Shown here: positions 1 through 10,116 of the stretch, in pieces
How positions within the stretch are numbered: position 1 is the first letter of the stretch
Layout: each line of letters opens with the position of its first letter
DNA from: Alphaproteobacteria bacterium
Lineage (GTDB): Bacteria; Pseudomonadota; Alphaproteobacteria; RF32; CAG-239
Direction: 5' to 3'
Length of the DNA stretch: 64,000 bases
Assembly (NCBI GenBank): GCA_045577985.1
Contig: JAZNJJ010000028.1
Span: 133,403-197,402 of the forward strand
Notes under the pieces: generated by a model
Databases searched by the model: none
The model's input: only the letters and a program-made list of their open reading frames with translations
Told to the model about the DNA's origin: nothing
Position numbers and translations under genes: made by a program

Positions 1-997
1 CAACCATTTCTTTTGCTAAAGCAGCTAAATCATATTGAGGTTTCCATCCTAAAGTTGTGCGAGCTTTTGTGCTATCGCCTAATAACAATTCAACCTCTGC
101 CGGACGGAAAAATTCTGGATTTACGGCAACAACAACCTTACCTGTTACTTTATTTATAGCTTTTTCTTCAACTCCGGCACCTGACCATTCTAAATCAATT
201 CCTAATTCTGCAAATGTAAGTTTAACAAAATCACGAATTGAAGTTGTAGTACCTGTTGAAAGAACATAGTCATCAGGTTTTTCTGCTTGAAGCATACGCC
301 ACATACCCTCTACATAATCTTTGGCATGTCCCCAATCTCTTTTAGCATCTAAATTACCTAAATATAAACAATCTTGTAAACCTTCTTTAATTCTGGTTGC
401 TGCTAAAGTAATTTTACGTGTTACGAAATTTTCACCTCTACGAGGAGATTCATGATTAAATAAAATTCCATTACAAGCAAAAATATCATAACTTTCACGA
501 TAGTTTACAGTAATCCAATAACCATATAATTTAGCTACACCATATGGAGAACGTGGATAAAAAGGAGTTTTTTCTGATTGAATAGGCTCTTGTATTAAAC
601 CATATAATTCAGATGTCGATGCTTGATAAAATTTGGTTTTTTTAGTCAAACCATTTATTCTGATCGCCTCTAACAATCTTAATGTACCTAAAGCATCACT
701 TTCTGCTGTAAATTCAGGGCAATCCCAAGAAATTTTAACGTGACTTTGAGCTCCCAAGTTATAAATTTCATCTGGTTCGATTTCTTTAACTAAACGAATT
801 AAATTTACAGAATCTGTCAAATCTCCATAATGCAAATGCAGATTTTTATTATCCATTAAATGTTCAATTCTTTGAGTATTATATGATGAACTACGACGTA
901 TAATCCCGTGAACATCATATCCTTTTTCTAACAATAGTTCAGCCAAATATGAACCGTCTTGCCCCGTAATTCCGGTAATAAGTGCTGTTTTAACCAT
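1..997 (-). CDS. gmd: GDP-mannose 4,6-dehydratase, N-terminal ~332 codons (C-terminus lies beyond the window edge)
   Basis: Absent from the ORF track because it has no stop inside the window. My translation from ATG 997 gives [32 protein letters not shown]...[15 protein letters not shown], which shows the GxxGxxG Rossmann motif and the NHESPRRG Gmd signature. The start overlaps the stop of the upstream GT gene by 8 nt. Confidence 0.9.
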   Translation of the reverse strand, partial: MVKTALITGITGQDGSYLAELLLEKGYDVHGIIRRSSSYNTQRIEHLMDNKNLHLHYGDLTDSVNLIRLVKEIEPDEIYNLGAQSHVKISWDCPEFTAESDALGTLRLLEAIRINGLTKKTKFYQASTSELYGLIQEPIQSEKTPFYPRSPYGVAKLYGYWITVNYRESYDIFACNGILFNHESPRRGENFVTRKITLAATRIKEGLQDCLYLGNLDAKRDWGHAKDYVEGMWRMLQAEKPDDYVLSTGTTTSIRDFVKLTFAELGIDLEWSGAGVEEKAINKVTGKVVVAVNPEFFRPAEVELLLGDSTKARTTLGWKPQYDLAALAKEMV

Positions 998-2210
998 TTT
1001 TCTCTCCCTTTACAATATTAACTACGGCATTAATCACAACATCAGCAGTATTTTGCCAATTGAATTTATTTGCTTGTTCTAAACCTTTTTGGCGAAGAGT
1101 TTCGCGCAATTCGTTATCTAAATACAACTTGTTTAAAAACATGGCTGTTTCGTGCTTATCTTTTCCGCTTATATATAATACTGCATCTCCGCCTACTTCT
1201 GGTAATGAGGTATTATTACACGTTATAACCGGTGTTCCGCACTGCATTGCTTCTAATACGGGAAGTCCAAAGCCTTCATACATACTCGGATAAATAAATC
1301 CTGTTGCTCCACTATATAACGGCGCTAAATCTTCGTTATCAGCAAAGCCTGTTTGGATTATTTTATCTTTTATATTATCCAAGCCTTGTATTCGTTTTGC
1401 CACATCTTCATAGCCTTTGCGTACAGGACCGACCAAAACAAGCGAAATATCTTTAACCTTGCTATCTTTTAGAAAACTAACAAAACTTTCTAGTAAATGT
1501 ACCAAATTTTTGCGAGCGGTTATTTCGGATACGGCTAAAAAATACTTATCGGTTTTTATGCCGTATTTTTCTTTTATTTGAGATATTGTTTCTTTATTCG
1601 TTATTGGCTTAAAGTTCTCACTTGCCCCTAAATATGCTCGATACATTGATTTATTTTTTAAATCAGGGCGAAAACGGCGTAAATCTTTTATTGTGTAATC
1701 TGAAACGCAAAAGTACGCGTCCGGATTGCTACGTTTTATCCAATCTGTGAATTTTTTAACAAATTTTGGCTCGCAACCATCTGGATATACTATCGGTATT
1801 AAATCATGCACTATCATAAAGGTTTTTATCGGATGATTATATAACACCGGAGATATCGGGCTAAATGGTGATAAATACGCATCAAATTCACTCAGTTTTG
1901 TAGCATATTTTGCTAATAACCATTTAGTGAATAATTTCGTTCTAAGGCGTTGATACCAATTTTGATTTTTTGTTGTGGCCTTTAGCTCAGGCATATAAAC
2001 CAATTTTTCTTCTAAGCGTTGCAAACCTTTAGCCGAAAGATATTTATGTATATCTCCCCTTTTGGTTGTGATTATGGGATACAAATCTATCGTCGGACTT
2101 TCCATTAGTTTATGCAATAAAACATCGCAAACTCGAACAACGCCAGTTCCCTTTAATCCGTCTACGCTTAGTTGCTCTACATCAAAAAGTAATTTTACTT
2201 TTGAACTCAT
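990..2210 (-). CDS. Glycosyltransferase, GT-B fold, family 4 type
   Basis: 406-aa ORF. The C-terminal [32 protein letters not shown] matches the Glycos_transf_1 / E-x7-E region. It overlaps both neighbours, consistent with an operon with gmd. Confidence 0.85.
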   Translation of the reverse strand: MSSKVKLLFDVEQLSVDGLKGTGVVRVCDVLLHKLMESPTIDLYPIITTKRGDIHKYLSAKGLQRLEEKLVYMPELKATTKNQNWYQRLRTKLFTKWLLAKYATKLSEFDAYLSPFSPISPVLYNHPIKTFMIVHDLIPIVYPDGCEPKFVKKFTDWIKRSNPDAYFCVSDYTIKDLRRFRPDLKNKSMYRAYLGASENFKPITNKETISQIKEKYGIKTDKYFLAVSEITARKNLVHLLESFVSFLKDSKVKDISLVLVGPVRKGYEDVAKRIQGLDNIKDKIIQTGFADNEDLAPLYSGATGFIYPSMYEGFGLPVLEAMQCGTPVITCNNTSLPEVGGDAVLYISGKDKHETAMFLNKLYLDNELRETLRQKGLEQANKFNWQNTADVVINAVVNIVKGEKNG

Positions 2211-2641
2211 TTATTATTCCACTTTTCTAATATCCATGAAGATGAATTGGCTTTATTATCTCCGCCAACACCAAAAACTAACTCTACATTGCATTCTGCA
2301 CATGTTGGACCCTCAGGAATATTATCTTTTCCTCTGTCGCCCCCGTTAGCGAAAACTAAGTGTACATCAGGATATTTTTGACGTGCTTTACGGATGCCAT
2401 CTGAAGCGGAATTATCCGAATCATCAAATTCTAATACATCTACTACACCCTTTAGATTCTCTAATATGGCTTTACGCGTCTTCATGGAATGGAAATTTTT
2501 CCCTTTTTTACGACATAACCAATCATCTGAATTGGCTAAAACGATTACTCCATCAGATGCCTTTGCTGAGGCTTTTATCATTTCAATATGCCCCTCGTGA
2601 ATCGGATCAAATCCACCGCTTACTATGTAGTATGTTGTCAT
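2207..2641 (-). CDS. Cytidylyl/adenylyl-transferase family protein (RfaE-domain-II / TagD-like sugar-phosphate nucleotidyltransferase)
   Basis: YIVSGGFDPIHEGHIEMI carries the HxGH nucleotidyltransferase signature. I moved the start to ATG 2641, 5 nt behind a GGGGA RBS (the track ORF starts at 2674). There is a 4-nt overlap with the GT4 gene. Confidence 0.7.
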   Translation of the reverse strand: MTTYYIVSGGFDPIHEGHIEMIKASAKASDGVIVLANSDDWLCRKKGKNFHSMKTRKAILENLKGVVDVLEFDDSDNSASDGIRKARQKYPDVHLVFANGGDRGKDNIPEGPTCAECNVELVFGVGGDNKANSSSWILEKWNNK

Positions 2642-2870
2642 TTTATTCCCCTTCATTGAAATTTTATAAACCAAAATGAATGTATCTCATTGTTTGGGGA
2701 AATAATATCAATATGTGAAAAAATCTATGTTGTATAAAAAATACACCATCGCTGGCGAAAATAATTTTATTCTTCGCCCTTTTAATAAAAAATCATCACA
2801 CCAGATATTATAAGGCTTCTTACGACCCCGCACTTCTAAGTACTACCGCAAATTGGCTTATTTGCTATGT

Positions 2871-2899
2871 TTTAGAGGGTAAAATTTTGTACTTATAAT
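2871..2899 (+). promoter_or_regulatory. Candidate sigma70 promoter with no downstream CDS
   Basis: TTTAGA (2871-2876), 17 nt, TATAAT (2894-2899) on the plus strand. It faces the hairpin+T7 at 3025-3067. Confidence 0.3.
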
Positions 2900-3024
2900 G
2901 TCAACGATGTTTTGATACTTATACATATATTAAAAATTGTAAAAAAATTTCTTGTTATTTTTGTAGAAAGTTATATTTTATATATGAAAATGCTTTAATT
3001 ATATATGGTTAGAGCTTTCGGAAA

Positions 3025-3067
3025 GGAGCTCTTGTTGTATTCGCAGCGGCAAGAACTCCTTTTTTTG
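3025..3067. terminator. Hairpin with T7 tract (plus-strand intrinsic terminator; also lies just 3' of minus-strand gene 3084-4295)
   Basis: GGAGCTCTTG (3025-3034) pairs with CAAGAACTCC (3050-3059) with one mismatch, followed by TTTTTTT (3060-3066). Confidence 0.5.
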
Positions 3068-3083
3068 TGCTTAAATCTTATGG

Positions 3084-4295
3084 CTATTGGCAAAATCCCT
3101 TTTGTTGAAGATAATACATAATCTCATCATCTGCCTGTTTGGTTTCTGCGTTCTTTTGAGCGCTGATAAATCGTACTCCCCCGTCAATGTATTCTCTTTT
3201 TTCGCCATATTTTGAAATCAATTCGCTGTATGTATCGGCAATATGTTGAATTTCTTTTTCAGGAATCGGACAACGAATGCTATAGTCTTCAATACTGCCA
3301 TCTATTTCTAACTCATTTTGCAACTTTATTACGCAGGTTTGGTTGATGTATTCGGTTGAAATACCTCGTTTTATGCTTACGAATTCGCTACTTTGAGTGC
3401 TACTTTCTCCTCGGTGATCTTCGTGATGTTTGGCACAATGATCTATTTCAAATAGTAAACCGTTATATGAATATTCCAGCTTTTTGTTATATTTCGCAAT
3501 ATCCCTATTTTTCAGCAATGTTTCCAAACTATCAAATCCCGTAATATTTGGTATTATATTTGTTGGAACGAATAAATCAAAATCAGAATATTTGATATAA
3601 CAATTATCATCTTGCATACCTATAATTTCTGCCTTCTTTGACAATATAAACATAGAAAATTCTTCTGTATCGGGTTCACATTTTCGTAATGAGTTTATAA
3701 ATTCATGTGAAAATGAAAGCATATCTTTTTTAGACTGTTCTTTCTCTTCTTCGCTATATGTGATTTCTTCTATTTCGCATGAACTTCCTGTTATTTTGGA
3801 ATATTCTACAATAAAACGACCTGCTGTGATTTTTGTTTCATAAGGAATACGTTGAACTTCATCTCCCATTTCAATTGTTGAATAAGAGGTATATGTCTCT
3901 GTAATTAATTCCGTTGAACGATCTTTCATTGCTTCAAGCAACTCTTTTTGTTGTTGAGCATTAATTTGACAAGTATACTGACTTCCACCCATACCCTTAA
4001 ATTCATGCTTTACAACAAATTTACATAACCCGTTGTCTTTTCCTAAAATGTTTATGGTTATTTTTGGACTCATTCCAAAAAATGAAATTGTAGAGTTATT
4101 TTTACTAAAATCTTCTGAGTATGGAGAACAATTTGCCGTCGCTTGTAATAATTCATCGCTAAAGTTATATAATTTTACTTTATCCTCTTTATATTCGCTT
4201 GTCCCTCCAATTGACATTTCCATTGTTTGCGATTGTGCTTTATCACTAAGAAACAGGCTTAAACATAAAAATGACAACAACAGTGCTTTGTTCAT
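3084..4295 (-). CDS. Secreted hypothetical protein
   Basis: 403-aa ORF with a GGAGG RBS upstream of ATG 4295 and the signal peptide MNKALLLSFLCLSLFLSDKAQS. No domain recognised. Confidence 0.6.
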   Translation of the reverse strand: MNKALLLSFLCLSLFLSDKAQSQTMEMSIGGTSEYKEDKVKLYNFSDELLQATANCSPYSEDFSKNNSTISFFGMSPKITINILGKDNGLCKFVVKHEFKGMGGSQYTCQINAQQQKELLEAMKDRSTELITETYTSYSTIEMGDEVQRIPYETKITAGRFIVEYSKITGSSCEIEEITYSEEEKEQSKKDMLSFSHEFINSLRKCEPDTEEFSMFILSKKAEIIGMQDDNCYIKYSDFDLFVPTNIIPNITGFDSLETLLKNRDIAKYNKKLEYSYNGLLFEIDHCAKHHEDHRGESSTQSSEFVSIKRGISTEYINQTCVIKLQNELEIDGSIEDYSIRCPIPEKEIQHIADTYSELISKYGEKREYIDGGVRFISAQKNAETKQADDEIMYYLQQKGFCQ

Positions 4296-4360
4296 ATATA
4301 CCTCCTCAAAATAATTATGTATTCAGAATTGTAATGTACTCTGTATTAATTTTTATTTAA

Positions 4361-4930
4361 TTAGCGTTCTCGTTTTACATTTAACACTAACATAGATGTT
4401 TGTGCATTTGGTGATATCGATGCTTGTTGAGTTTCTTCTTTGATTTGTGCTGTTTCTTTAGAAACTTTATCATTCTTCCTTGATGCACGTTCCTTTTCTT
4501 TAATATGTGGAATATCTAAGCTATTTATTTCTAAGGTTGCTTGAAGTGCATCTTCTTTCATGATTTCTGAGATAATATTTTTATCAAGAGTAACCATTGC
4601 TTCTAGTTCCTCCATTGCTCTGGACGGATAAATAGCCTTGGCTTCAGTTCCTTGCAGTACTGCTCTTTCTTTACTATCTAATTTCATTAAACCACTAGTA
4701 CCCATTTTTAGACGTTTACTTATACTATTTCTATATTCGCTTGCCGTTGCTTGAACGTTGGTAGATAATGCCTTATGGATATCTTCTATATATATATCCT
4801 TTTCTGTATATGGTGGATGTAAGCGCTTTTGTGCCTCAGACATAATATGTTCATAGCTTTTATTGCTATATTTCATTTTTTCTTTCAATATTGCTTCCTG
4901 ATATGATGGAGAACGACGGAATTCTTCCAT
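4361..4930 (-). CDS. Hypothetical protein (charged, K/E-rich)
   Basis: 189-aa ORF with no recognisable motif. The reading frame stays open upstream of the ATG, so the start is uncertain. Confidence 0.5.
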   Translation of the reverse strand: MEEFRRSPSYQEAILKEKMKYSNKSYEHIMSEAQKRLHPPYTEKDIYIEDIHKALSTNVQATASEYRNSISKRLKMGTSGLMKLDSKERAVLQGTEAKAIYPSRAMEELEAMVTLDKNIISEIMKEDALQATLEINSLDIPHIKEKERASRKNDKVSKETAQIKEETQQASISPNAQTSMLVLNVKRER

Positions 4931-5064
4931 AGCTAGTTGTTTTTCTTCATCTGAAAAGCTTGCAATATATTGTTGTCCTATTTTAATACCCCCTCCTATA
5001 ATACTTAAGATTAGTTTAGCATATTATATCTTTCTTTACAAGATTGTTTAATGTGAATTTTTTA

Positions 5065-5099
5065 TGAAAAAAGGAGAAAGATTAAGCATCCTTCTCCTT
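5065..5099 (-). terminator. Intrinsic terminator (minus strand)
   Basis: On the minus strand, AAGGAGAAGGATGCTTAATCTTTCTCCTT forms a hairpin followed by TTTTTTCAT. Confidence 0.5.
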
Positions 5100-5102
5100 C
5101 AT

Positions 5103-5177
5103 CTACCTCTTTTGTGATATAAAAGAATAAAAACTGTTAAATATCATCAAACTCAACAAAATTCTTTTACTATACAT
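5103..5177 (-). CDS. Candidate 24-aa hydrophobic small ORF (MYSKRILLSLMIFNSFYSFISQKR)
   Basis: My own translation; it is below the ORF-track size cut-off. It sits between the candidate promoter at 5233-5260 and the terminator at 5065-5099. No clear SD sequence. Confidence 0.2.
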   Translation of the reverse strand: MYSKRILLSLMIFNSFYSFISQKR

Positions 5178-5232
5178 CAAAATACAGGTCTTTCGCTTTA
5201 TTATATATGGTAAAAGAATCTCGTTGATTAAA

Positions 5233-5260
5233 CTTATACCTATAATCTGCGACGTTTCAA
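5233..5260 (-). promoter_or_regulatory. Candidate sigma70 promoter (minus strand)
   Basis: On the minus strand: TTGAAA (5260-5255), 16 nt, TATAAG (5238-5233). Confidence 0.35.
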
Positions 5261-5389
5261 ATAATATAATTTAGAATTTAATTGCTTAAAAACATCATTA
5301 TTTATCTGAACAATTATAATTTAATCTTTATTTTGTTGTTTTGTAGTAACTTAAAACCAATTATATATAAATATAATCTTTTGTATAAC

Positions 5390-5422
5390 AAAAACCGTTA
5401 TTCTCTAGGAATAACGGTTTTA
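5390..5422 (-). terminator. Intrinsic terminator of gene 5431-6498
   Basis: On the minus strand, AAAACCGTTATTC-CTAGA-GAATAACGGTTTTT forms a hairpin plus T-run, starting 9 nt after the stop. Confidence 0.7.
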
Positions 5423-5430
5423 TTCAATGC

Positions 5431-6498
5431 TTAGGCCGATGCGTGTGCTTTTTGCCTTTTAATCTCTTGTTGCAATTTATTATCTACTTCTGCACTAACT
5501 GACTTTGGCGAATATAGTTTCATAATCTCAATAGAAAACTTATCAGATTCCGTAAAACCATAATGTCCATATAAGTGAAGCAGAGCGGTATCGTAGAAAT
5601 TGCGTAATGGTGTCAAAATTAATGAAACCATACCCAAAGAAGAAATAACAGGCTTGATTTTAACAAGCAAATCACGACTCATCTCACTCAAAAATCCACG
5701 ATCAAAAATAAACGAGATAATTGAGGGAGAGATATATCCAATCAGAGGAACTTGCTCGGCAACAAATTCACATATCTCGCGATAAATAGATCGACGTTGT
5801 TCTTCACTGGGAAGTGAATTGTAGATATCAATAATCCACGCTTCAGTCTGACGATATAATTTCTCACGACGGCATCCTTGCTTTGAATAAAGCAAAAGTC
5901 TGATCTCATTAACTCCCATCTGACAACGATTTTTTTGAAGAGCATTGAGATGATTTAATGTTTGTTTCAAAAATTGTTTGTTTTCTTCAAAAACTGCATC
6001 TTGCAAAATTGCTTTATCGCTCCAGACCTCCAAGTCAGGAGATTTGCCTTCTTTTAGCATTTGAAATGCTATGCGAGAAAGTTCTTCTACTTTCTGAATA
6101 TACTCATTTATTTTACTAATGAGATATTCCAATTGACGGTTACCACCTTCCTGCACAAAACGGGAGCGTACCTTCTTTAAGATTTTAGTATAAACGTGGT
6201 GGTTATAAATCCTAACCTGTTTAAACTCTTGAAAATACTCTTCTGCCATTTTGTTCAAACCATGAAGTTGAATATGATGACATAATGTATCTTTCATTGT
6301 CTCGTATAGTTTACACTCTGTAAACACAATTTCAAGGTAATCGTCTTCAAAATCGGCAAAATCTTCGCCGTTTTTCATTCGATAATCAGCCCAACGACGT
6401 GCAGCCGGTGTCCCTTTGTTTAGTTCATCGTGAATCCATTGTTTCTTTTGTTTGTCTGTAATCACGATGTCTGTCGGATAAATTTCTCTTTCTGCCAT
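5431..6498 (-). CDS. Hypothetical protein
   Basis: 355-aa ORF with no recognisable domain and no obvious SD. Confidence 0.55.
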   Translation of the reverse strand: MAEREIYPTDIVITDKQKKQWIHDELNKGTPAARRWADYRMKNGEDFADFEDDYLEIVFTECKLYETMKDTLCHHIQLHGLNKMAEEYFQEFKQVRIYNHHVYTKILKKVRSRFVQEGGNRQLEYLISKINEYIQKVEELSRIAFQMLKEGKSPDLEVWSDKAILQDAVFEENKQFLKQTLNHLNALQKNRCQMGVNEIRLLLYSKQGCRREKLYRQTEAWIIDIYNSLPSEEQRRSIYREICEFVAEQVPLIGYISPSIISFIFDRGFLSEMSRDLLVKIKPVISSLGMVSLILTPLRNFYDTALLHLYGHYGFTESDKFSIEIMKLYSPKSVSAEVDNKLQQEIKRQKAHASA

Positions 6499-6587
6499 GT
6501 ATATAAATATTTATATTAATAATAGTACAATCTTTGGCATAGTATCATCCAAAAGCAAATTTGTCAAGTTTTTATCTAAAAACCAAA

Positions 6588-7967
6588 TTAACAACTCAAA
6601 GCATTTTTTGCTATTCCGGCTAAAGAGGTTTCTTTATAATCACTATTTAAGCTTAAACCTGTTTCATACATTGTTTTAATTATGCTATCTAAACTAACTA
6701 TATGATCTCCGGTGCCTTGCATTGCCAATCGTGCAGCGTTTACCGCCTTAATTGCACCCATCGCATTTCGTTCAATACATGGAACCTGAACTAATCCGTT
6801 GATTGGATCGCAAGTCAAACCAAGATTATGTTCCATGGCAATTTCTGCGGCATTTTCAATTTGTTTATTATTACCACCAAGTGCGGCAACAAGACCTCCG
6901 GCTGCCATTGAACATGCAACCCCTATTTCTCCTTGGCATCCTACTTCTGCTCCGGAAATAGAGGCGTTTGTTCGATATAAACTGCAGATTGCTGAAGCTG
7001 TTGCTAAAAATGTTACAGATGCTTGTTGTTTATCTGTTTCATTTTTAAATTTTCCATATCTTTTCATATAGCGCATAACGGCAGGAATTAACCCTGCTGA
7101 TCCCATTGTCGGAGCTGTAACCATACGACCTCCGGATGCATTTTCTTCTGCAACTGCAAACGCCCAAATATTTATCCAATCAATAGCTGTTAATGAATCT
7201 GTAGAATTATGCTCAAAATTGGCCATTAAACGTTCGTACATTTCTTTTGCGTGACGTTTTACTTTTAACCCCCCCATTAAATAGCCCTCTTTTTGCATAC
7301 CTATATCAATATTTTCTTGCATAATCTTGACTAATTTTATAATGTTTTTAGTAACATTATTTTTCCATATAGCTTTTTCATTTTGTAAAACTAATTCAGC
7401 TATCGTAAGTTTATTTTTATGGCATAAATCCATTAACTCTTTGCATGAATCAAATTGATATGGAACATTATATGGCTCTCTATCTATTCTGCGACTTATT
7501 TCGTCTTGGCGTGCAATTGTTCCTCCGCCGACTGAGAAATATGTTTCTTCCAAAATAATTTTATTATTTTTATCATAGGCAATAAAAGTCATTCCATTGG
7601 AGTGTTCTTTTAAAAATGTTTTTTTATCTAAAAAAAAGTCATTATCAAAAGAGAAATCTATGATTTTTTCACCACCTAAATTGAGTTTGCCTGAAGATTT
7701 AACATTTCCAATATAATCAATTTTAGGATCTACGTCTTCGGCAATCATTCCTAACAAACCGTATATAACCGCATTGAGTGTACCATGACCAATTCCTGTT
7801 AATGCGAGAGAACCATATAAATTTATTTTTACAGAATCTACTTTTTTTAATTTTCCTTGTTCGGCAATATTATCAACAAACCTTTTAGCTGCTTTCATCG
7901 GTCCAACTGTATGAGAACTTGAGGGACCAATGCCAATAGCAAAAATTTCAAATAAACTATAATACAT
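6588..7967 (-). CDS. sdaA: L-serine dehydratase, single-chain Fe-S type
   Basis: N-terminus [22 protein letters not shown] and C-terminal [25 protein letters not shown] are characteristic of L-serine ammonia-lyase. Confidence 0.92.
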   Translation of the reverse strand: MYYSLFEIFAIGIGPSSSHTVGPMKAAKRFVDNIAEQGKLKKVDSVKINLYGSLALTGIGHGTLNAVIYGLLGMIAEDVDPKIDYIGNVKSSGKLNLGGEKIIDFSFDNDFFLDKKTFLKEHSNGMTFIAYDKNNKIILEETYFSVGGGTIARQDEISRRIDREPYNVPYQFDSCKELMDLCHKNKLTIAELVLQNEKAIWKNNVTKNIIKLVKIMQENIDIGMQKEGYLMGGLKVKRHAKEMYERLMANFEHNSTDSLTAIDWINIWAFAVAEENASGGRMVTAPTMGSAGLIPAVMRYMKRYGKFKNETDKQQASVTFLATASAICSLYRTNASISGAEVGCQGEIGVACSMAAGGLVAALGGNNKQIENAAEIAMEHNLGLTCDPINGLVQVPCIERNAMGAIKAVNAARLAMQGTGDHIVSLDSIIKTMYETGLSLNSDYKETSLAGIAKNALSC

Positions 7968-7978
7968 TGTAGATCCTT

Positions 7979-8905
7979 TTATGATAAAAATGATTGTAAT
8001 TGCTGTTTAAATACCTTCAATAACTGAGCTGAAGAATGCTCATATCCAGGATTTATAATAATGTTAGATTTAGGTAATTCTTTATGTAAATCCCATGCCT
8101 GTTTTACCGGACAACAAAAATCTAGGCGATTATGGACTATAAGAGTTGGAATATGTTTTATTTTATCTATATTTTCTAAAATTTGATTGGGTTTTAGAAA
8201 ATATTTATTTTTTTCATAGTGAAAAGCAACACGGGCTGATTTTAATTCATTTTCATCTAACTCTTTTCGGTCAATGAATTTTGGATCTAATTGTCCCAGC
8301 ATATGTTCATAACTACCTAAATATGTTAAAGCCTTAAGATTATCTCTTTTATTATTGGAAAACAATAAGTTATAACAATTTTGATATACATTTTTACTTT
8401 TATGCTGTATGCGTAGTTCATCCCAAATATCAGGATAAAACCGCTCACTTTCATGGCTTACCCACTTAACATCTTCTGCACGTGCTAAGAAAACTGAAGA
8501 AATAGCAATTTTGGAAACTTTATCTGGATATCTTTCAGCAAATAATAAGGCTAATGTTGAACCCCATGATACTCCATGCACAATTACTTTTCTTTTAATA
8601 CCTATACTATCTAATAATCGTTTAGCATCTATAAGCAAATTTTGTGTTTCATTGTCTTTAAATGCATTAACAGCTACCGAATTTCCACATCCTCGTTGAT
8701 CAAATTGAATAAAATGATATTTTTTCAAATTGAACAACTTTGCATATTTTGAACGAACTGAACCCCCAGGACCTCCATGGAAAGATAGTACGGGAGTTCC
8801 TTTGGGATTACCAAATTCCCTGAAATATATTTCATGACCACCGGAGGCTGGTAACCACCCTTCTCTAAATGCTTTGGGTTCACGATTAAATATGTTTAAC
8901 CACAT
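7979..8905 (-). CDS. pip: Proline iminopeptidase (S33 alpha/beta hydrolase)
   Basis: GGHEIYFREFGNPKGTPVLSFHGGPGGS and the nucleophile elbow GVSWGSTLAL. A GGAGA RBS is present. Confidence 0.88.
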   Translation of the reverse strand: MWLNIFNREPKAFREGWLPASGGHEIYFREFGNPKGTPVLSFHGGPGGSVRSKYAKLFNLKKYHFIQFDQRGCGNSVAVNAFKDNETQNLLIDAKRLLDSIGIKRKVIVHGVSWGSTLALLFAERYPDKVSKIAISSVFLARAEDVKWVSHESERFYPDIWDELRIQHKSKNVYQNCYNLLFSNNKRDNLKALTYLGSYEHMLGQLDPKFIDRKELDENELKSARVAFHYEKNKYFLKPNQILENIDKIKHIPTLIVHNRLDFCCPVKQAWDLHKELPKSNIIINPGYEHSSAQLLKVFKQQLQSFLS

Positions 8906-9045
8906 TGTTTTCTCCTTGTTTAATGATAATATAAATGGATATTTTTAACATGCAATTCTGTTTATAAAGCCATTAACAGAATTTCTTTAATAAAATAATT
9001 GCACATTCTTTTTCAATATATTATAATCATTTTAGGAGAGTGATT

Positions 9046-10116
9046 ATGAGTATTAAATCAAAAATTTTAACGTTTACAACTTTTTTATCTTCATGGGCTG
9101 GTTCGTCTGCTCAAGAGCAGAAGCCGGAACACAGTGATTCTGTTCCTATCCCAGCAGAAAAAATTACGGATAGAAATATTCATCAGTCTGAAGATAGTTG
9201 TTTTAATACTAATGAAGCTCTTAATAATGCATATAATCTAGCAGATTCTATTAAAGTTGAGGTTGATACTACGAAAATTGATTCTTTACGAGAGAGAATA
9301 TTAACTCCTGAACAAGCCGATAGTATCGCAAATGTGCGAGCAACAGAAAATTTTGAAAATGCCAGATATGATATGTTATGTTTTATTGCTCATTGCGAAG
9401 GGGTAAAAGCCAGAGCATATTGGGATCCGAAAGGAAAATGTTATACAATAGGTATCGGAAACACAATTCGTCCTGATGGTAAAAAAGTTAGAGCCGGCGA
9501 TTTTATCGAAAATGAAGAAGAATTATTGCAATATTTTAATACTCATCTTGATAAATATATGTTCAATGATATGAAAAATTATCTGCCATTAGATTCCATG
9601 GAAAAAGCCGAAATTGTTGCTGTTGGTAGTTTAATTTATAATTGCGGTAGCGGTATATTAAAAACAAAAAACAATGAACCTTCTAATTTTGCAAAAAATA
9701 TAAAAACTTATGTTGAAACTAAAGGTGATACAACCAAATCTACTCTTAATGAAGTAGCAAAAAATAATATCTTAGCATACTTTAGTAAAAAGATATATGC
9801 TGACGGTCATACTCTTATTCCTTTGGTAAAAAGACGCGATTTAGAATTGAGAGTGTTTTTAGGTGAAATTCTTTTAGGAAACAGTGAAGAGATGAAACTT
9901 GAAAACTCTGTTGATTTTTCAAAAGTTGCGCTAGGTGGAATTTATGGTATTAGTAGTATAAAAAAGAAAGATTCTACAGTTATAAGCTCACATCTGCGGG
10001 AAACTATGGGTAAAAATTTAACCGATACCATTTCTTCACAATTTAATAAATTACCTAGAAAATCTTATAATAGAGTAAATAACAATACAAGAAATCAAAG
10101 AGCATATGTGAGATAA
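9046..10116 (+). CDS. Secreted GH24 (phage-type) lysozyme-domain protein
   Basis: HCEGVKARAYWDPKGKCYTIGIGNT fits the E-G-x4-A-Y-x-D-x2-G-x2-T-I-G-x-G muramidase motif, and an N-terminal signal-like segment is present. I moved the start to ATG 9046, 7 nt after AGGAGA (the track uses GTG 9040). Confidence 0.7.
   Translation: MSIKSKILTFTTFLSSWAGSSAQEQKPEHSDSVPIPAEKITDRNIHQSEDSCFNTNEALNNAYNLADSIKVEVDTTKIDSLRERILTPEQADSIANVRATENFENARYDMLCFIAHCEGVKARAYWDPKGKCYTIGIGNTIRPDGKKVRAGDFIENEEELLQYFNTHLDKYMFNDMKNYLPLDSMEKAEIVAVGSLIYNCGSGILKTKNNEPSNFAKNIKTYVETKGDTTKSTLNEVAKNNILAYFSKKIYADGHTLIPLVKRRDLELRVFLGEILLGNSEEMKLENSVDFSKVALGGIYGISSIKKKDSTVISSHLRETMGKNLTDTISSQFNKLPRKSYNRVNNNTRNQRAYVR

Noticed and set aside
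2810-2830. The minus-strand leader of the gmd operon contains GUCGUAAG, complementary to the core of the shared sRNA 12-mer TAACTTACGACT. This could be an sRNA target site.
   Set aside because: There are only 8 contiguous base pairs. For this composition a chance hit in 64 kb is roughly as likely as not, so it is not evidence on its own.
9046-10116. The GH24 lysozyme as a prophage remnant.
   Set aside because: There is no holin, spanin, capsid, tail, terminase or integrase gene anywhere nearby. The flanks are housekeeping (pip) and a glycan acetyltransferase.
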